Source of the DNA: Nemertoderma westbladi
Taxonomy: Eukaryota; Animalia; Xenacoelomorpha
Reading direction: 5' to 3'
DNA: 64,000 nt
Assembly: GCA_032718475.1 (NCBI GenBank)
Contig: JAUCBJ010009040.1
Span: 977-64,976, forward strand
Shown: positions 1 to 13,994 of the stretch, in pieces
Position numbering within the stretch: the first letter of the stretch is position 1
Layout of the letters: each line of letters begins with the position of its first letter
Notes under the pieces: generated by a model
Told to the model about the DNA's origin: nothing
The model's database searches: none
Seen by the model: the letters and a program-made list of their open reading frames with translations, nothing else
Position numbers and translations under genes: made by a program

Positions 1-371
1 ATGACTACTGGTTGCCAATAGGCGGTAGGCCTAGATAGCTAGATGATATATTTATGGCTATTATAGCCAGACAGCCAGATACGAGTCAGCCAGTCCCGGT
101 AGCTTTAGGTCCTGGTGGCCTGGTACAGTACCGCTTTCAAATAACGTCGTATTGGATCCTAATAGGATCCTAATAGGATCCTATTAGGATCCAAGTCACT
201 GATTCACTACTATAGGAGTTCGGATTTAATTGGAAATGAAATTTAGCCCAAATTCCAGACTTGGAGGCACTTAGGATTTTACTTGGATTTCATTAGGAAT
301 TTACTTGGAAATCGGCGCTTACTTTGATGTCTGGAAGATGGACTGACTCAGACTATGCTTGTGCTAGTCCA

Positions 372-609
372 AAGCAAAGCAAGCAAACAGTCGGCCGAAG
401 CCGGAGGCGACCCGAAGGCTCCTCTTTCGATAGCTGCTACCCGAGGGTAGGGGTGGGCGCTACTCCTATCCCAAGATTTGCTCCCAGTTATTTAACTGGT
501 ACTCATTTCATCGACCCCAGTGGATGAAAGGCTGAGTGGACCCTGGCGGGGCTGAACCTACAACCAATAGATTGCAGGCCCGGCGCTCAACCAACTGAGC
601 TACCCCGCC
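372..609 (-). mobile_element. tRNA-derived SINE (Deu/Nin-domain-like core)
   Basis: Minus strand begins GGCGGGGTAGCTCAGTTGG (A box) ... GGTTCAGCCC (B-box-like). Then CTCAGCCTTTCATCC...GGTCGATGAAATGAGTACCAG, resembling the Deu/Nin SINE core, and a (TTGC)n-like tail. tgctagtcca occurs near both flanks. Confidence 0.75.
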
Positions 610-976
610 TTTTCACTTGCTAGTCCACTTCTTCTCTATCCTGTCAATCATTAAGTTGTATAGAATGGACTAGACTCAGCATAAAGTTTGCGTAGTGTTC
701 AGTTCATTAAATTGAGGTATGGTAGTCGATGGAAGATTACACTCCTACTGTACCTTGTATTGCCAGCCTCTGACAGTCTGACGTAAATAATATTTAAAAT
801 ATAAACTCTAATAGATGAAATCCACACACATCCGCACATAGTTAACGTGCCGTGGGCTGGTGGGCTCTGGAATAATTTGAAATCGTATTGAACTTACAAA
901 TAAATTTAGGATCACACGCTGTATTTATTACTATTGAACATATTTTCAGTAATAAAGAGTAAAAGACAATATACAT

Positions 977-1212
977 ACAATATTGCAATGTTCTAGAGTT
1001 AATATACGGAAATAATAACCTGAAGCGAATAAAACTGAATAATCACTGATGCCGTTCCAGAAGCAAATTAACCTGTATAATTACCGAGGCCGCAGGCCGA
1101 GGTTATTATATTAGGTTAATTTGCTGAAGGATAAGGCAGAAGTGATTATTACAGTTTTATTCGCTGAAGGTTTTTATTTCCGTATATTAACTCTAGAACA
1201 TTGCAATATTGT
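977..1212. repeat. Long palindromic foldback element with CCGAGGCC-GCA-GGCCGAGG apex
   Basis: ~115-bp arms are reverse complements of each other (acaatattgcaatgttctagagttaatatacggaaat... / ...atttccgtatattaactctagaacattgcaatattgt). Confidence 0.85.
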
Positions 1213-3699
1213 GTTTATTGTTAATTAGAGCATATTGAACGAACAACATGACAGCATACTTTGTATTTTTAAGGATCGTGTTCTAATACAATACGCTGTA
1301 TTCAATTTTTTCAAGCCTTGCGTAGCATTTAAATCCATTTCCTTGAATTAATATCGCTCCAGAGGTCGTGGGGTTGTTCCCCTGCAGGCGGGCCAGGATA
1401 GTTTTCGTTTTGGCACAAATGCTTAAAGGGACTAACCAAACCAGGGCGCGCGCATATTTGCTTTGTTACTTAAATGGTCGTTAAATGAGTACCAGTTATC
1501 TCTTTGCCTGTAAGGAGTATAGTTCTGTGGGGTCTATACTGGAAATGAGTGGTGAGACCTTCTTTTCTATTTTTCGTACTTGTTACAAGGAGGTCTCCTT
1601 GTTTTTTTTCATTTCCGCACTCATTGCCTCTAACATAAGGTAAGGACGATACGACCGAATCTGTGCAACTACTGTTATTTTTTTAATTATCTTATTTAAT
1701 TAATTGTTGCAGAAATAACGTTATTTTATTTTCTTCAATACTAGGCTCTTTTCACTGATAAATAAATAAAGATAAACCAAATTTACTATGGATATTCATA
1801 ATAATAATACGATTTGTTGGTATTTTTAAAAACACTAGCTACTGTACCATTTTTATGAATACACTAACTACCATTGAAAACACTAGCTACCACAAAAATT
1901 AAACATGTAACGAGTCGGAAATATGTTCCAGAACATAAATCACTAGCCAAAACAGCTATACAAAGGCAGAATTATGGTGACACGGGGTTAGTTACACTAG
2001 TACCCCCCCCCCCCCCCCCCCCCCCCCCCCCAGTAAAATTTAATGAAATTAATAAGATGGCAAACAACGAAAAGATCTTAAGTTTTTTTATGCCGTTTCT
2101 ATCTAATTTAATGATGCTCGCATGGCTTTTGGTGAGGTCAGATTGTAATAAGAGTTATCATTCTTACGAATACTGGAGTAGAATTTAAAGTGCCAATCTG
2201 TCAATCTTATTGAGATGGTCATTTTGCTTAATGTGAAATATATAGCTACAGTACATTATAGAAAGAAACCGTAGCAAGTTTGGTATATTGCTGTACCATA
2301 GGATAATACATAAAATTATATGAATATACTGCAACATATATTTTCTAGAATCCCGTATCAGAGCAATTTCTAAGAAAAGAGTATAATTTTAGGAAAAAAC
2401 AACATTTATAGAACATTTTTTTAAAATTATACGATTATAATTTTACCTAGTTTCCGTAGCAATATGCGAAAATTAACAATAAACAGATATATGTGTAATT
2501 ATTAATAGAACAAATATTAGTTTATTTTAATTTATTAGTCCTACAAACTTAACCTCTTGGCATATTGATATTAGTATTAATTATAAATTATATTTATTTT
2601 ACCATGGAAATGGTATAATTGCCAGATCTAAAAAGTTCGCACAATAATTTAAATAAAATTATTAAAAGTTTGACATCCGAATAAAATCAGACTACGCCTT
2701 AGCGGCCCAACTACTTGTTGAGGCTCACTCAATGTGTTGGCGGGCCTACTTTACACAAGCGGCGATACCTTTACCATATGGTAGTTAATGTGTCCAGATG
2801 TTGAGTTAAAGCCAGTAGTGTGTTCTTTGCATATTTAACATTAGCCTATGGGGAGTATTGTTGTTGTAAGACAAGTCAGGGGAAGGGAAATACAACTCAA
2901 CCATACTAGACAAAGCGGCTCTCTTTACTACTTTCAGCTATCCCGGGAGGTTGATTGACAGACACTTCTAAGCTTTGATATTTAGCCACTCTAGGTAGAC
3001 TTACATTAGGCAAATTCCAAGTGATTTTCTAAAGGTTATTTATTTCCAATAGGATCAATTAGGATCCAATAGGACGTTATTTGAAAGCGTTACTGTAGCT
3101 TTTAGGTCCTGGCAGCCTAGCGTTAGGGCCGTCGCCGTGCCATTCCGTCAGTAAGTCCAGTCTACCTACATAACCAGACAGGTTAGTAAAGTAGCAGGTT
3201 ACATAGACGAGTTGAAAGGAACCAAAACTTAAACGCGAGAGTTAGGAATAATTTCATTGAGAATTAGGACCGATTTGGACCTAACGCTACATTACCACTG
3301 ACTAGACCTACACTTTGCAGTTTGTAGGGCCTAATTAAGACGTTCCATACAGGAAATATGGTTCATGGACAATATTTCCATATGTTTCCAAATTACACAT
3401 ACACACACACGCACCGACATACAATCAGACATACAAACAGATGAATTGACTTTTCAATGTTGATTAAGCATCGCCCTGACTTGGAAAATTGACGTGTTTA
3501 CATAATTCGACTTTGCACAATTATTATGAGTAAAACTATAATGGGTCATTTTGACCCAAACGGCCCTTGGCGTTGCCTAAATAATAAAAGTCAAATTAAA
3601 AAAAAGTGTTAAAGTAAAAGTTGTGACCCGTACAGTTGGATAGAGTATAAAAAAGTAGGAGAGGTCATGAAATATTGTGACCCCAATAATTATATTGAA

Positions 3700-4060
3700 T
3701 TTTGTACAGTACATGTAAACTTAGAACTCGCAACAGTGGGCGTAAGGCGGACTCCGAGTGGAAGAGAATTCCAAATATTGGGCGCAGCTACAGCGAAATA
3801 TCGATTACAGTAGCTCTCTAGGTTAAATCGTGGGATGATGGGGAGACCCTGGTCATTGGAGCGCAGTGGGCGTGGTTGATAGTGTGGATGCAAGAGATCA
3901 GTAAGATAGGCCGGACCCATATTACTGTATTAAGGCACACTTAATGTATATGTCAAAAGTGCAAATTTATTATCAATACGGCGCAGAATAGGCAGCCAAT
4001 GAAGATCACGCAACACTCCTGTAATGTGCTCTGTTTTACCGAAACGTAACTTTATTGCCG
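3700..4060 (-). pseudogene. L2/CR1-group LINE ORF2 C-terminal fragment
   Basis: Minus-strand translation EHITGVLRDLHWLPILRRI...GPAYLTDLL...RPLRS...FAVAAPNIWNSLP is typical of the post-RT tail of L2/CR1 LINEs; disrupted. Confidence 0.8.
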
Positions 4061-4129
4061 AATCACTACTCTTGTCGGACGTGATAGTTGCCGAAACGCG
4101 ATGTAACCACTGCGCTGCGACGTACAGTG

Positions 4130-4715
4130 CCTGTATGTAAGTGGTCGCCAGGCGCCCGCAGTCTGTCTGTAACTGGTCGGCAGGCGTTAGCAGTATGCCT
4201 GTAACTGGTATCCAGACGCCCGCAGTCTGTCTGTAACTGGTAGCCAGGCACCAGCAGTCTGTCTGTAACTGGTCGCCAGGCGTTAGCAGTTGCCTGTATC
4301 TGGTAGCCAGGCGCTAGCAGTCTGCCCTATCTGGTATTCAGATGCCCGCAGTCTGTCTGTAACTGGTAGCCAGGCGCCAGCAGTCTGTCTGTATCTGGTA
4401 GCCAGGCGCTAGCAGTCTGCCTGTAACTGATATCCAGACGCCCGCAGTCTGTCTGTAACTGATAGCCAAGCGCCAGCAGTCTGTCTGTATCTGGTAGCCA
4501 GGCGCCAGCAGTCTGCCTGAAACTGGTAGCCAGGTGCCAGGATTCTGTCTGTAACTGGTAGCCAGACGCCCGCAGTCTGTCTGTAACTGGTAGCCAGGCG
4601 CCAGCAGTCTGCCTGTAACTGGTAGCCAGGCCCCAGCAGTCTGCCTTTAACTGGTATCCAGACGCCCGCAGTCTGTCTGTAACTGGTACTGTAGCCAGTC
4701 GGCAGCAGTCTTTCT
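4130..4715. repeat. 32-bp minisatellite (ctgtaactggtagccaggcgccagcagtctgt); shorter arrays at ~6688-6801/9012-9195, 11168-11465, 13437-13735
   Basis: Direct tandem repetition visible. Confidence 0.95.
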
Positions 4716-4976
4716 GTGACAGTTAATCATAAGAATGTAATTTAAAGTGATAACTAACACACAGTGATATCTATACTAAGGTTAGTTACTAATAATTGTT
4801 CTATAAAGGTCTTAATACTTGCCGCCTTTGATTGCCTTTATGAGACTTTATTCATTGCATAAGTAATTGCCTTTGTCAAAAGTGTATAAATAGGAGGAGT
4901 TTTAGGCCTTAAAATCATTCTCTCTCAGAAAATTATCATAACTTTAGTTACAAAGTTATTTACAAATACTGTAAAA

Positions 4977-5033
4977 ATGTTGCCCGTAAGTCTTAAACTA
5001 TTTTCTCTGCTGTCAGCTCTTTTCCTACTCCAG
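4977..5033 (+). CDS. Duplicated signal-peptide exon 1 of the FReD gene, copy 1
   Basis: MLPVSLKLFSLLSALFLLQ|GTAAGT; TATAAATA at 4885, TCATTC Inr-like at 4915. Confidence 0.6.
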
Positions 5034-5465
5034 GTAAGTTTATTTAATGCATAAAGTATTCATTTAGCGTTGTTATCTGAATTATTCATTTAATGATTTG
5101 CTCACGTGAATAAAGACACCCTTTATTAAGGATGTTAGATTTATTCATCAAAACAAATAAAATGTTTTCTCACAGAATTATTCCACAAACAAAAATTTTA
5201 TTTAAACGGTTAGCATCCTAGAGAGAGTGACAACGCATACATGACTGTAGCCAACAGCTGTTTGACAGTCTCACAAACTGTCTGTTAGTTATTCAGTTCG
5301 CATTTATTTTGGTTTTTGTCCCAGTATTGCAGACTGGTTTGCTATTATTATGGCCTCCCCCAGTCTGATGTGTCCGGATATCCATATTGGTTGTCCAGTT
5401 GTCCTTTTTAGTTGTCCGTATAGGTTATCCCCGTCACCACCATTTGGTGTCACCTTGTCCATAAC

Positions 5466-5985
5466 TGAAGTCACCGAGAATTAATCGGAAACTTAAGGTC
5501 CGATTATTTAGAACAGCAGTAGTTCCAGTACTCCTCTACGGGAGTCCATGCTGGGCTCTAACTGCTGAGGACACCAAATCTCTGGATGGCACATTCACAA
5601 GAATGCTACGCCGGGTTCATTGTGTCAAGTACAATGCACACATCTCCAACCAGACACTATATAACATTGGAGGTGTCTCATTGGTTCCCCCAAGCTTGAC
5701 ACTAGAACAAAATCGCCTCCGCTTTGCAGGACATTGCTTTCGCCGTGAGGACCAGCCAGTGCATAATCTTGTACTTTGGCAGCCTCATGGAGTGAATAAG
5801 CATGGTGGACAGCCCATGACTTTCTTGAGACGCATCTTAAAGGACACTGGCCTTAAAGATGCGAATGATCTAGCAAATGTCATGGGTGATAGGGAGTTGT
5901 GGCGGTGCAATTTTGTTGACAAGCCGGCACAGCATTCTTAAAAATGCAGCTGCAATGCAGCATGCCGATCCTAGTAGTAGTAGTA
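5466..5985 (+). mobile_element. 5'-truncated RTE-clade LINE (copies at ~9947-10465 and ~12215-12734)
   Basis: LFRTAVVPVLLYGSPCWAL...LDGTFTRMLRR...RLRFAGHCFRR...DRELWR is the RTE ORF2 C-terminus. (TAG)n tail; 9-bp TSD gtccataac at 5457-5465 and 5986-5994. Confidence 0.85.
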
Positions 5986-6801
5986 GTCCATAACAGGTCC
6001 ACTCATGTCGCGTTGGATATCCGTCTGTCCACGTCTGTTTCCCTGTCCATGTCTGTTTCCTTGACCACATTTGATGTCCCGTTGTCCCGACACCAATTGT
6101 ACCGCAATTCATGTCAGTTTTCTTGTAATTTTGTAATATTTGGTGGATTTTTCAACACTTTCTATTACAGGCCCACTTTTTGGAGTAGCATGTAAAATAA
6201 TATTAGCGATGATAACACTTAATAACTTAACCAGTATTATTATTTATTTAGTATATAAATGTATTATTATTTCATCAATAGCTCTGCCGTGTAATGTGAA
6301 AAGACCGCAAGTCACAAAAAGTCATTTCGAGATTGTTGGTTTAAAATGTCCGTAAATTACAATTTTTTTACAACCCTACGCAATTGGGGGTGGGAAATTT
6401 TTCTATGTGATTATTTTTTACTTTCCATTAATATTTTGACGTCAGAGTTATTTTTTGTACTTACGGTATTTTTGCATTGTACAACCTATATGTAAATACC
6501 TATTTCAAGATACATATTTCCATAAAACCGTATTTGCGTTTACTTATTATCTGTGCAATGACAAAACACCGTAAGTCTTGCTGACTTACGGTTTTTTTTG
6601 CATAAATTCAATTAGTTGCGGTCTTTTGTAAGTATTGCACTTACGGTCTTTTTCCTTTGTAACACTATACACATGTTGTGACTTACTGCCTGTAACTGAT
6701 ATCCAGACGCCCGCAGTCTGTCTGTAACTGATAGCCAAGCGCCAGCAGTCTGTCTGTATCTGGTAGCCAGGCGCCAGCAGTCTGCCTGAAACTGGTAGCC
6801 A

Positions 6802-9011
6802 CCCTGCAAACAATTTACTTTCAAGGAATGTCAGAAAAACATCATTAATTTGTTATAAATGTTGATAAATGTTATTCCCTTGTTTGATAGAATATTTAGA
6901 TGTTCAATATATGTTATTTTAACATTACTCTATAATGTCTTTGTCAGACATTAAATAAATGATAACTGTTGATGTTAAAAAAACGTAATTTTAATGTGAG
7001 AACATAAACATTAGTCAAAAATGTTTTATAAGTGTTTAGTTCTAACATTTTAAGAACATGGTTTGTTACATATCAGAACAATGTTATTTTGTCACATAAA
7101 ATAAACATTATGGATAGACGCTGTCACTTCTATTATCTAATCTGAGATTGATTATTGGCTAATTTTAAAATTCGCGGTAATGGAGGAATTTTCCACATGT
7201 AAATGGTATACAGTATGGTATGTTGTACAATACTCATTCTGGCATGCCTGTATTCAATGTTTATTGTGTATATGTATTGTTATACAGTACTACTGTACTG
7301 CAAGGCCTATATCTATATTACAGTAGTGCTGTAGTGTAGTTACTGCAAGCCTACTGCACTGTACAGTACAGTGTAGCTTATATTTTTGGTTTTATAGTTT
7401 TGGTTTTGTGATTTATTTAACCTGAACTCATAAATAAAACATATCTACCTGAATGCGAGTTCGCCTATACCCTCTGGATTCACACATTACTGCATTAGAC
7501 CTACCAATTACAGAATTCAAGTCTGCCAGGACCAGGAAATCCCCTTAAACCAGCACTGACAGGTGGGGGATTGACTTATTTGTCTGTACTGATGGTGGAT
7601 TTCAACAGCCGAGGACTAAAGATTGGAATTCTTATTATTGGGAGGTCCCAGTTTTCAGTTGAAGGGGCAGGGCACAGGGACAACATTACTACAAAACTTT
7701 CGATTCGATTTGAAAACTTCACATTAACTGTTATTACAAACTATTTATTGTTTCAGTTTTTAGATTGTACTTTTGTAGGGCCTAGGCCTATTGATTTATT
7801 TTTACAGTTTAATAAATGAAGCTCACTCAGCTATAATTATAATAAACATTTAATTTTTTAAATAGGATTTGTTCAGATGGGAGGATTTGCGATGCAATCA
7901 AAATCATCCCTCTCCAGGGAGATATCGATTCAAATAAGTACTGATTACTCTCATAGAAATAAATCTGTAACCTGTTTTTTTTTTATTTACCCGTAGGATA
8001 TAATAATGTGCCTCTGTAGCCAACTGTAAACTGTTCCTTTTAATAATTTATAAACTGTTCCTTTTAATAATTTAACATTGTTGTGAGGTATTATTTATTA
8101 AATAATTTTAATTTAATAAATAAATTTAATAAAATAATGTACATATAGTGGTATATGTACATTATTTTATATAGACTACAAATCAGATCTATAAATCTAG
8201 TGAATAATATTAACTCAAAGTATTTTAATTGATGCAATTCATTACGTTGTTGTCACTTATTATTACGTCATAAACATATTCTTTTTAAGTCTGTGATTAA
8301 CTTTAACCGAAATATCAAAACCATTTACGTAATGGGCCATACAGCCATATATTTGTTTTACTTATTCTGTGATATTTTACTTTGATTTTGCTGTTTATTT
8401 CATTATTTGTTCCTCACTGGTCATTATACAAAAAATTCAATTCATGTTAAACGTTTTAATTGTTATTAATTTGCATACAATTGCCTACAACAAAATTGTA
8501 TTCAATCAAACTGCGTTAGAGATTGTAGCCTGCCACTACCATATCAACATGCGTAGGGAAATTATTAATTAATTATTCAATAAAGGGTTTGGCAATTATA
8601 AAGAACGGCAATGGAGGGGGATTATTAGTTTGAGCAAGCGAACCAACCATAAAACATGAGAGAAGGGCTTAAATGCACGTATAATGTTACGTTTTTAGCA
8701 AACAATATTTTTATGTTAAGAAATAACATAAAAGTAACGATCTAAATAAACATTATGCCGTTGTTATTTTAATGTCAATAAAATACAATAATAATGATAA
8801 GGAATAACATAAAAGTAATGATATATGTAACCATCCTGGCTTTGTTATTTTAATGTTATTAAAAACGAAATAATAACGTTAGTATATAACGTCATATTTC
8901 TTGGCCAATTTACAGTTTTTTTATCATTAATCTAACAATTTGAAATAATGTTATCTATGTCATTAAATAACATTTTAATAACAGCTTTTTAACCATACAT
9001 TGTTTGCAGGG
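6802..9011. mobile_element. Non-autonomous CMC/EnSpm-like DNA transposon inserted in the minisatellite between array units 1 and 2
   Basis: TIR ccctgcaaacaa / ttgtttgcaggg; 2-bp TSD CA. The empty site gcCAggtg is seen in the other array units, and the length exactly explains the spacing. Confidence 0.9.
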
Positions 9012-9457
9012 CAGGTGCCAGGATTCTGTCTGTAACTGGTAGCCAGACGCCCGCAGTCTGTCTGTAACTGGTAGCCAGGCGCCAGCAGTCTGCCTGTAAC
9101 TGGTAGCCAGGCCCCAACAGTCTGCCTTTAACTGGTATCCAGACGCCCGCAGTCTGTCTGTAACTGGTACTGTAGCCAGTCGGCAGCAGTCTTTCTGTGA
9201 CAGTTAATCATAAGAATGTAATTTAAAGTGATAACTAACACACAGTGATATCTATACTAAGGTTAGTTACTAATAATTGTTCTATAAAGGTCTTAATACT
9301 TGCCGCCTTTGATTGCCTTTATGAGACTTTATTCATTGCATAAGTAATTGCCTTTGTCAAAAGTGTATAAATAGGAGGAGTTTTAGGCCTTAAAATCATT
9401 CTCTCTCAGAAAATTATCATAACTTTAGTTACAAAGTTATTTACAAATACTGTAAAA

Positions 9458-9514
9458 ATGTTGCCCGTAAGTCTTAAACTATTTTCTCTGCTGTCAGCTC
9501 TTTTCCTACTCCAG
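9458..9514 (+). CDS. Duplicated signal-peptide exon 1, copy 2
   Basis: Identical to 13995-14051, with TATA and GTAAGT donor intact. Confidence 0.6.
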
Positions 9515-11725
9515 GTAAGTTTATTTAATGCATAAAGTATTCATTTAGCGTTGTTATCTGAATTATTCATTTAATGATTTGCTCACGTGAATAAAGACAC
9601 CCTTTATTAAGGATGTTAGATTTATTCATCAAAACAAATAAAATGTTTTCTCACAGAATTATTCCACAAACAAAAATTTTATTTAAACGGTTAGCATCCT
9701 AGAGAGAGTGACAACGCATACATGACTGTAGCCAACAGCTGTTTGACAGTCTCACAAACTGTCTGTTAGTTATTCAGTTCGCATTTATTTTGGTTTTTGT
9801 CCCAGTATTGCAGACTGGTTTGCTATTATTATGGCCTCCCCCAGTCTGATGTGTCCGGATATCCATATTGGTTGTCCAGTTGTCCTTTTTAGTTGTCCGT
9901 ATAGGTTATCCCCGTCACCACCATTTGGTGTCACCTTGTCCATAACGGAAGTCACCGAGAATTAATCGGAAACTTAAGGTCCGATTATTTAGAGCAGCAG
10001 TAGTTCCAGTACTCCTCTACGGGAGTCCATGCTAGGCTCTAACTGCTGAGGACACCAAATCTCTGGATGGCACATTCACAAGAATGCTACGCCGGGTTCA
10101 TTGTGTCAAGTACAATGCACACATCTCCAACCAGACACTATATAACATTGGAGGTGTCTCATTGGTACCCCAAGCTTGACACTAGAACAAAATCGCCTCC
10201 GCTTTGCAGGACATTGCTTTCGCCGTGAGGACCAGCCAGTGCATAATCTTGTACTTTGGCAGCCTCATGGAGTGAATAAGCATGGTGGACAGCCCATGAC
10301 TTTCTTGAGACGCATCTTAAAGGACACTGGCCTTAAAGATGCGAATGATCTAGCAAATGTCATGGGTGATAGGGAGTTGTGGCGGTGCAATTTTGTTGAC
10401 AAGCCGGCACAGCATTCTTAAAAATGCAGCTGCAATGCAGCATGCCGATCCTAGTAGTAGTAGTAGTCCATAACAGGTCCACTCATGTCGCGTTGGATAT
10501 CCGTCTGTCCACGTCTGTTTCCCTGTCCATGTCTGTTTCCTTGACCACATTTGATGTCCCGTTGTCCCGACACCAATTGTACCGCAATTCATGTCAGTTT
10601 TCTTGTAATTTTGTAATATTTGGTGGATTTTTCAACACTTTCTATTACAGGCCCACTTTTTGGAGTAGCATGTAAAATAATATTAGCGATGATAACACTT
10701 AATAACTTAACCAGTATTATTATTTATTTAGTATATAAATGTATTATTATTTCATCAATAGCTCTGCCGTGTAATGTGAAAAGACCGCAAGTCACAAAAA
10801 GTCATTTCGAGATTGTTGGTTTAAAATGTCCGTAAATTACAATTTTTTTACAACCCTACGCAATTGGGGGTGGGAAATTTTTCTATGTGATTATTTTTTA
10901 CTTTCCATTAATATTTTGACGTCAGAGTTATTTTTTGTACTTACGGTATTTTTGCATTGTACAACCTATATGTAAATACCTATTTCAAGATACATATTTC
11001 CATAAAACCGTATTTGCGTTTACTTATTATCTGTGCAATGACAAAACACCGTAAGTCTTGCTGACTTACGGTTTTTTTTGCATAAATTCAATTAGTTGCG
11101 GTCTTTTGTAAGTATTGCACTTACGGTCTTTTTCCTTTGTAACACTATACACATGTTGTGACTTACTGCCTGTAACTGATATCCAGACGCCCGCAGTCTG
11201 TCTGTAACTGATAGCCAAGCGCCAGCAGTCTGTCTGTATCTGGTAGCCAGGCGCCAGCAGTCTGCCTGAAACTGGTAGCCAGGTGCCAGGATTCTGTCTG
11301 TAACTGGTAGCCAGACGCCCGCAGTCTGTCTGTAACTGGTAGCCAGGCGCCAGCAGTCTGCCTGTAACTGGTAGCCAGGCCCCAGCAGTCTGCCTTTAAC
11401 TGGTATCCAGACGCCCGCAGTCTGTCTGTAACTGGTACTGTAGCCAGTCGGCAGCAGTCTTTCTGTGACAGTTAATCATAAGAATGTAATTTAAAGTGAT
11501 GACTAACACACAGTGATATCTATACTAAGGTTAGTTACTAATAATTGTTCTATAAAGGTCTTAATACTTGCCGCCTTTGATTGCCTTTATGAGACTTTAT
11601 TCATTGCATAAGTAATTGCCTTTGTCAAAAGTGTATAAATAGGAGGAGTTTTAGGCCTTAAAATCATTCTCTCTCAGAAAATTATCATAACTTTAGTTAC
11701 AAAGTTATTTACAAATACTGTAAAA

Positions 11726-11782
11726 ATGTTGCCCGTAAGTCTTAAACTATTTTCTCTGCTGTCAGCTCTTTTCCTACTCCAG
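11726..11782 (+). CDS. Duplicated signal-peptide exon 1, copy 3
   Basis: Identical to 13995-14051, with TATA and GTAAGT donor intact. Confidence 0.6.
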
Positions 11783-13902
11783 GTAAGTTTATTTAATGCA
11801 TAAAGTATTCATTTAGCGTTGTTATCTGAATTATTCATTTAATGATTTGCTCACGTGAATAAAGACACCCTTTATTAAGGATGTTAGATTTATTCATCAA
11901 AACAAATAAAATGTTTTCTCACAGAATTATTCCACAAACAAAAATTTTATTTAAACGGTTAGCATCCTAGAGAGAGTGATAACGCATACATGACTGTAGC
12001 CAACAGCTGTTTGACAGTCTCACAAACTGTCTGTTAGTTATTCAGTTCGCATTTATTTTGGTTTTTGTCCCAGTATTGCAGACTGGTTTGCTATTATTAT
12101 GGCCTCCCCCAGTCTGATGTGTCCGGATATCCATATTGGTTGTCCAGTTGTCCTTTTTAGTTGTCCGTATAGGTTATCCCCGTCACCACCATTTGGTGTC
12201 ACCTTGTCCATAACGGAAGTCACCGAGAATTAATCGGAAACTTAAGGTCCGATTATTTAGAGCAGCAGTAGTTCCAGTACTCCTCTACGGGAGTCCATGC
12301 TGGGCTCTAACTGCTGAGGACACCAAATCTCTGGATGGCACATTCACAAGAATGCTACGCCGGGTTCATTGTGTCAAGTACAATGCACACATCTCCAACC
12401 AGACACTATATAACATTGGAGGTGTCTCATTGGTTCCCCCAAGCTTGACACTAGAACAAAATCGCCTCCGCTTTGCAGGACATTGCTTTCGCCGTGAGGA
12501 CCAGCCAGTGCATAATCTTGTACTTTGGCAGCCTCATGGAGTGAATAAGCATGGTGGACAGCCCATGACTTTCTTGAGACGCATCTTAAAGGACACTGGC
12601 CTTAAAGATGCGAATGATCTAGCAAATGTCATGGGTGATAGGGAGTTGTGGCGGTGCAATTTTGTTGACAAGCCGGCACAGCATTCTTAAAAATGCAGCT
12701 GCAATGCAGCATGCCGATCCTAGTAGTAGTAGTAGTCCATAACAGGTCCACTCATGTCGCGTTGGATATCCGTCTGTCCACGTCTGTTTCCCTGTCCATG
12801 TCTGTTTCCTTGACCACATTTGATGTCCCGTTGTCCCGACACCAATTGTACCGCAATTCATGTCAGTTTTCTTGTAATTTTGTAATATTTGGTGGATTTT
12901 TCAACACTTTCTATTACAGGCCCACTTTTTGGAGTAGCATGTAAAATAATATTAGCGATGATAACACTTAATAACTTAACCAGTATTATTATTTATTTAG
13001 TATATAAATGTATTATTATTTCATCAATAGCTCTGCCGTGTAATGTGAAAAGACCGCAAGTCACAAAAAGTCATTTCGAGATTGTTGGTTTAAAATGTCC
13101 GTAAATTACAATTTTTTTACAACCCTACGCAATTGGGGGTGGGAAATTTTTCTATGTGATTATTTTTTACTTTCCATTAATATTTTGACGTCAGAGTTAT
13201 TTTTTGTACTTACGGTATTTTTGCATTGTACAACCTATATGTAAATACCTATTTCAAGATACATATTTCCATAAAACCGTATTTGCGTTTACTTATTATC
13301 TGTGCAATGACAAAACACCGTAAGTCTTGCTGACTTACGGTTTTTTTTGCATAAATTCAATTAGTTGCGGTCTTTTGTAAGTATTGCACTTACGGTCTTT
13401 TTCCTTTGTAACACTATACACATGTTGTGACTTACTGCCTGTAACTGATATCCAGACGCCCGCAGTCTGTCTGTAACTGATAGCCAAGCGCCAGCAGTCT
13501 GTCTGTATCTGGTAGCCAGGCGCCAGCAGTCTGCCTGAAACTGGTAGCCAGGTGCCAGGATTCTGTCTGTAACTGGTAGCCAGACGCCCGCAGTCTGTCT
13601 GTAACTGGTAGCCAGGCGCCAGCAGTCTGCCTGTAACTGGTAGCCAGGCCCCAACAGTCTGCCTTTAACTGGTATCCAGACGCCCGCAGTCTGTCTGTAA
13701 CTGGTACTGTAGCCAGTCGGCAGCAGTCTTTCTGTGACAGTTAATCATAAGAATGTAATTTAAAGTGATAACTAACACACAGTGATATCTATACTAAGGT
13801 TAGTTACTAATAATTGTTCTATAAAGGTCTTAATACTTGCCGCCTTTGATTGCCTTTATGAGACTTTATTCATTGCATAAGTAATTGCCTTTGTCAAAAG
13901 TG

Positions 13903-13938
13903 TATAAATAGGAGGAGTTTTAGGCCTTAAAATCATTC
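13903..13938 (+). promoter_or_regulatory. TATA box + Inr-like core promoter of the FReD gene
   Basis: TATAAATA 13903-13910; TCATTC 30 nt downstream (13933); ATG at 13995. Confidence 0.7.
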
Positions 13939-13994
13939 TCTCTCAGAAAATTATCATAACTTTAGTTACAAAGTTATTTACAAATACTGTAAAA

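Larger units (their letters stand above)
126..3095. mobile_element. Non-autonomous TIR DNA transposon (Tc1/mariner-like ends, TA target)
   Basis: ~38-bp TIR cagtaccgctttcaaataacgtcgtattggatcctaat (126..) matches the reverse complement at ~3058-3095 with 2 mismatches. TA flanks both ends (124-125, 3096-3097). No transposase ORF. Confidence 0.8.

Noticed and set aside
545-609. tRNA gene
   Set aside because: Degenerate T-arm/acceptor stem and continues into a SINE body and tail.
1874-2188. Poly-proline ORF
   Set aside because: Produced by a poly-C run inside a non-autonomous element; TTG start.
4130-4715. 32-bp repeat array as a CRISPR array
   Set aside because: Units are contiguous with no unique spacers, there are no cas genes, and the context is eukaryotic; it is a minisatellite.
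5870-6355. Triplicated small ORFs of 71-83 aa
   Set aside because: Identity is due only to the recent tandem duplication; they overlap LINE/MITE sequence.
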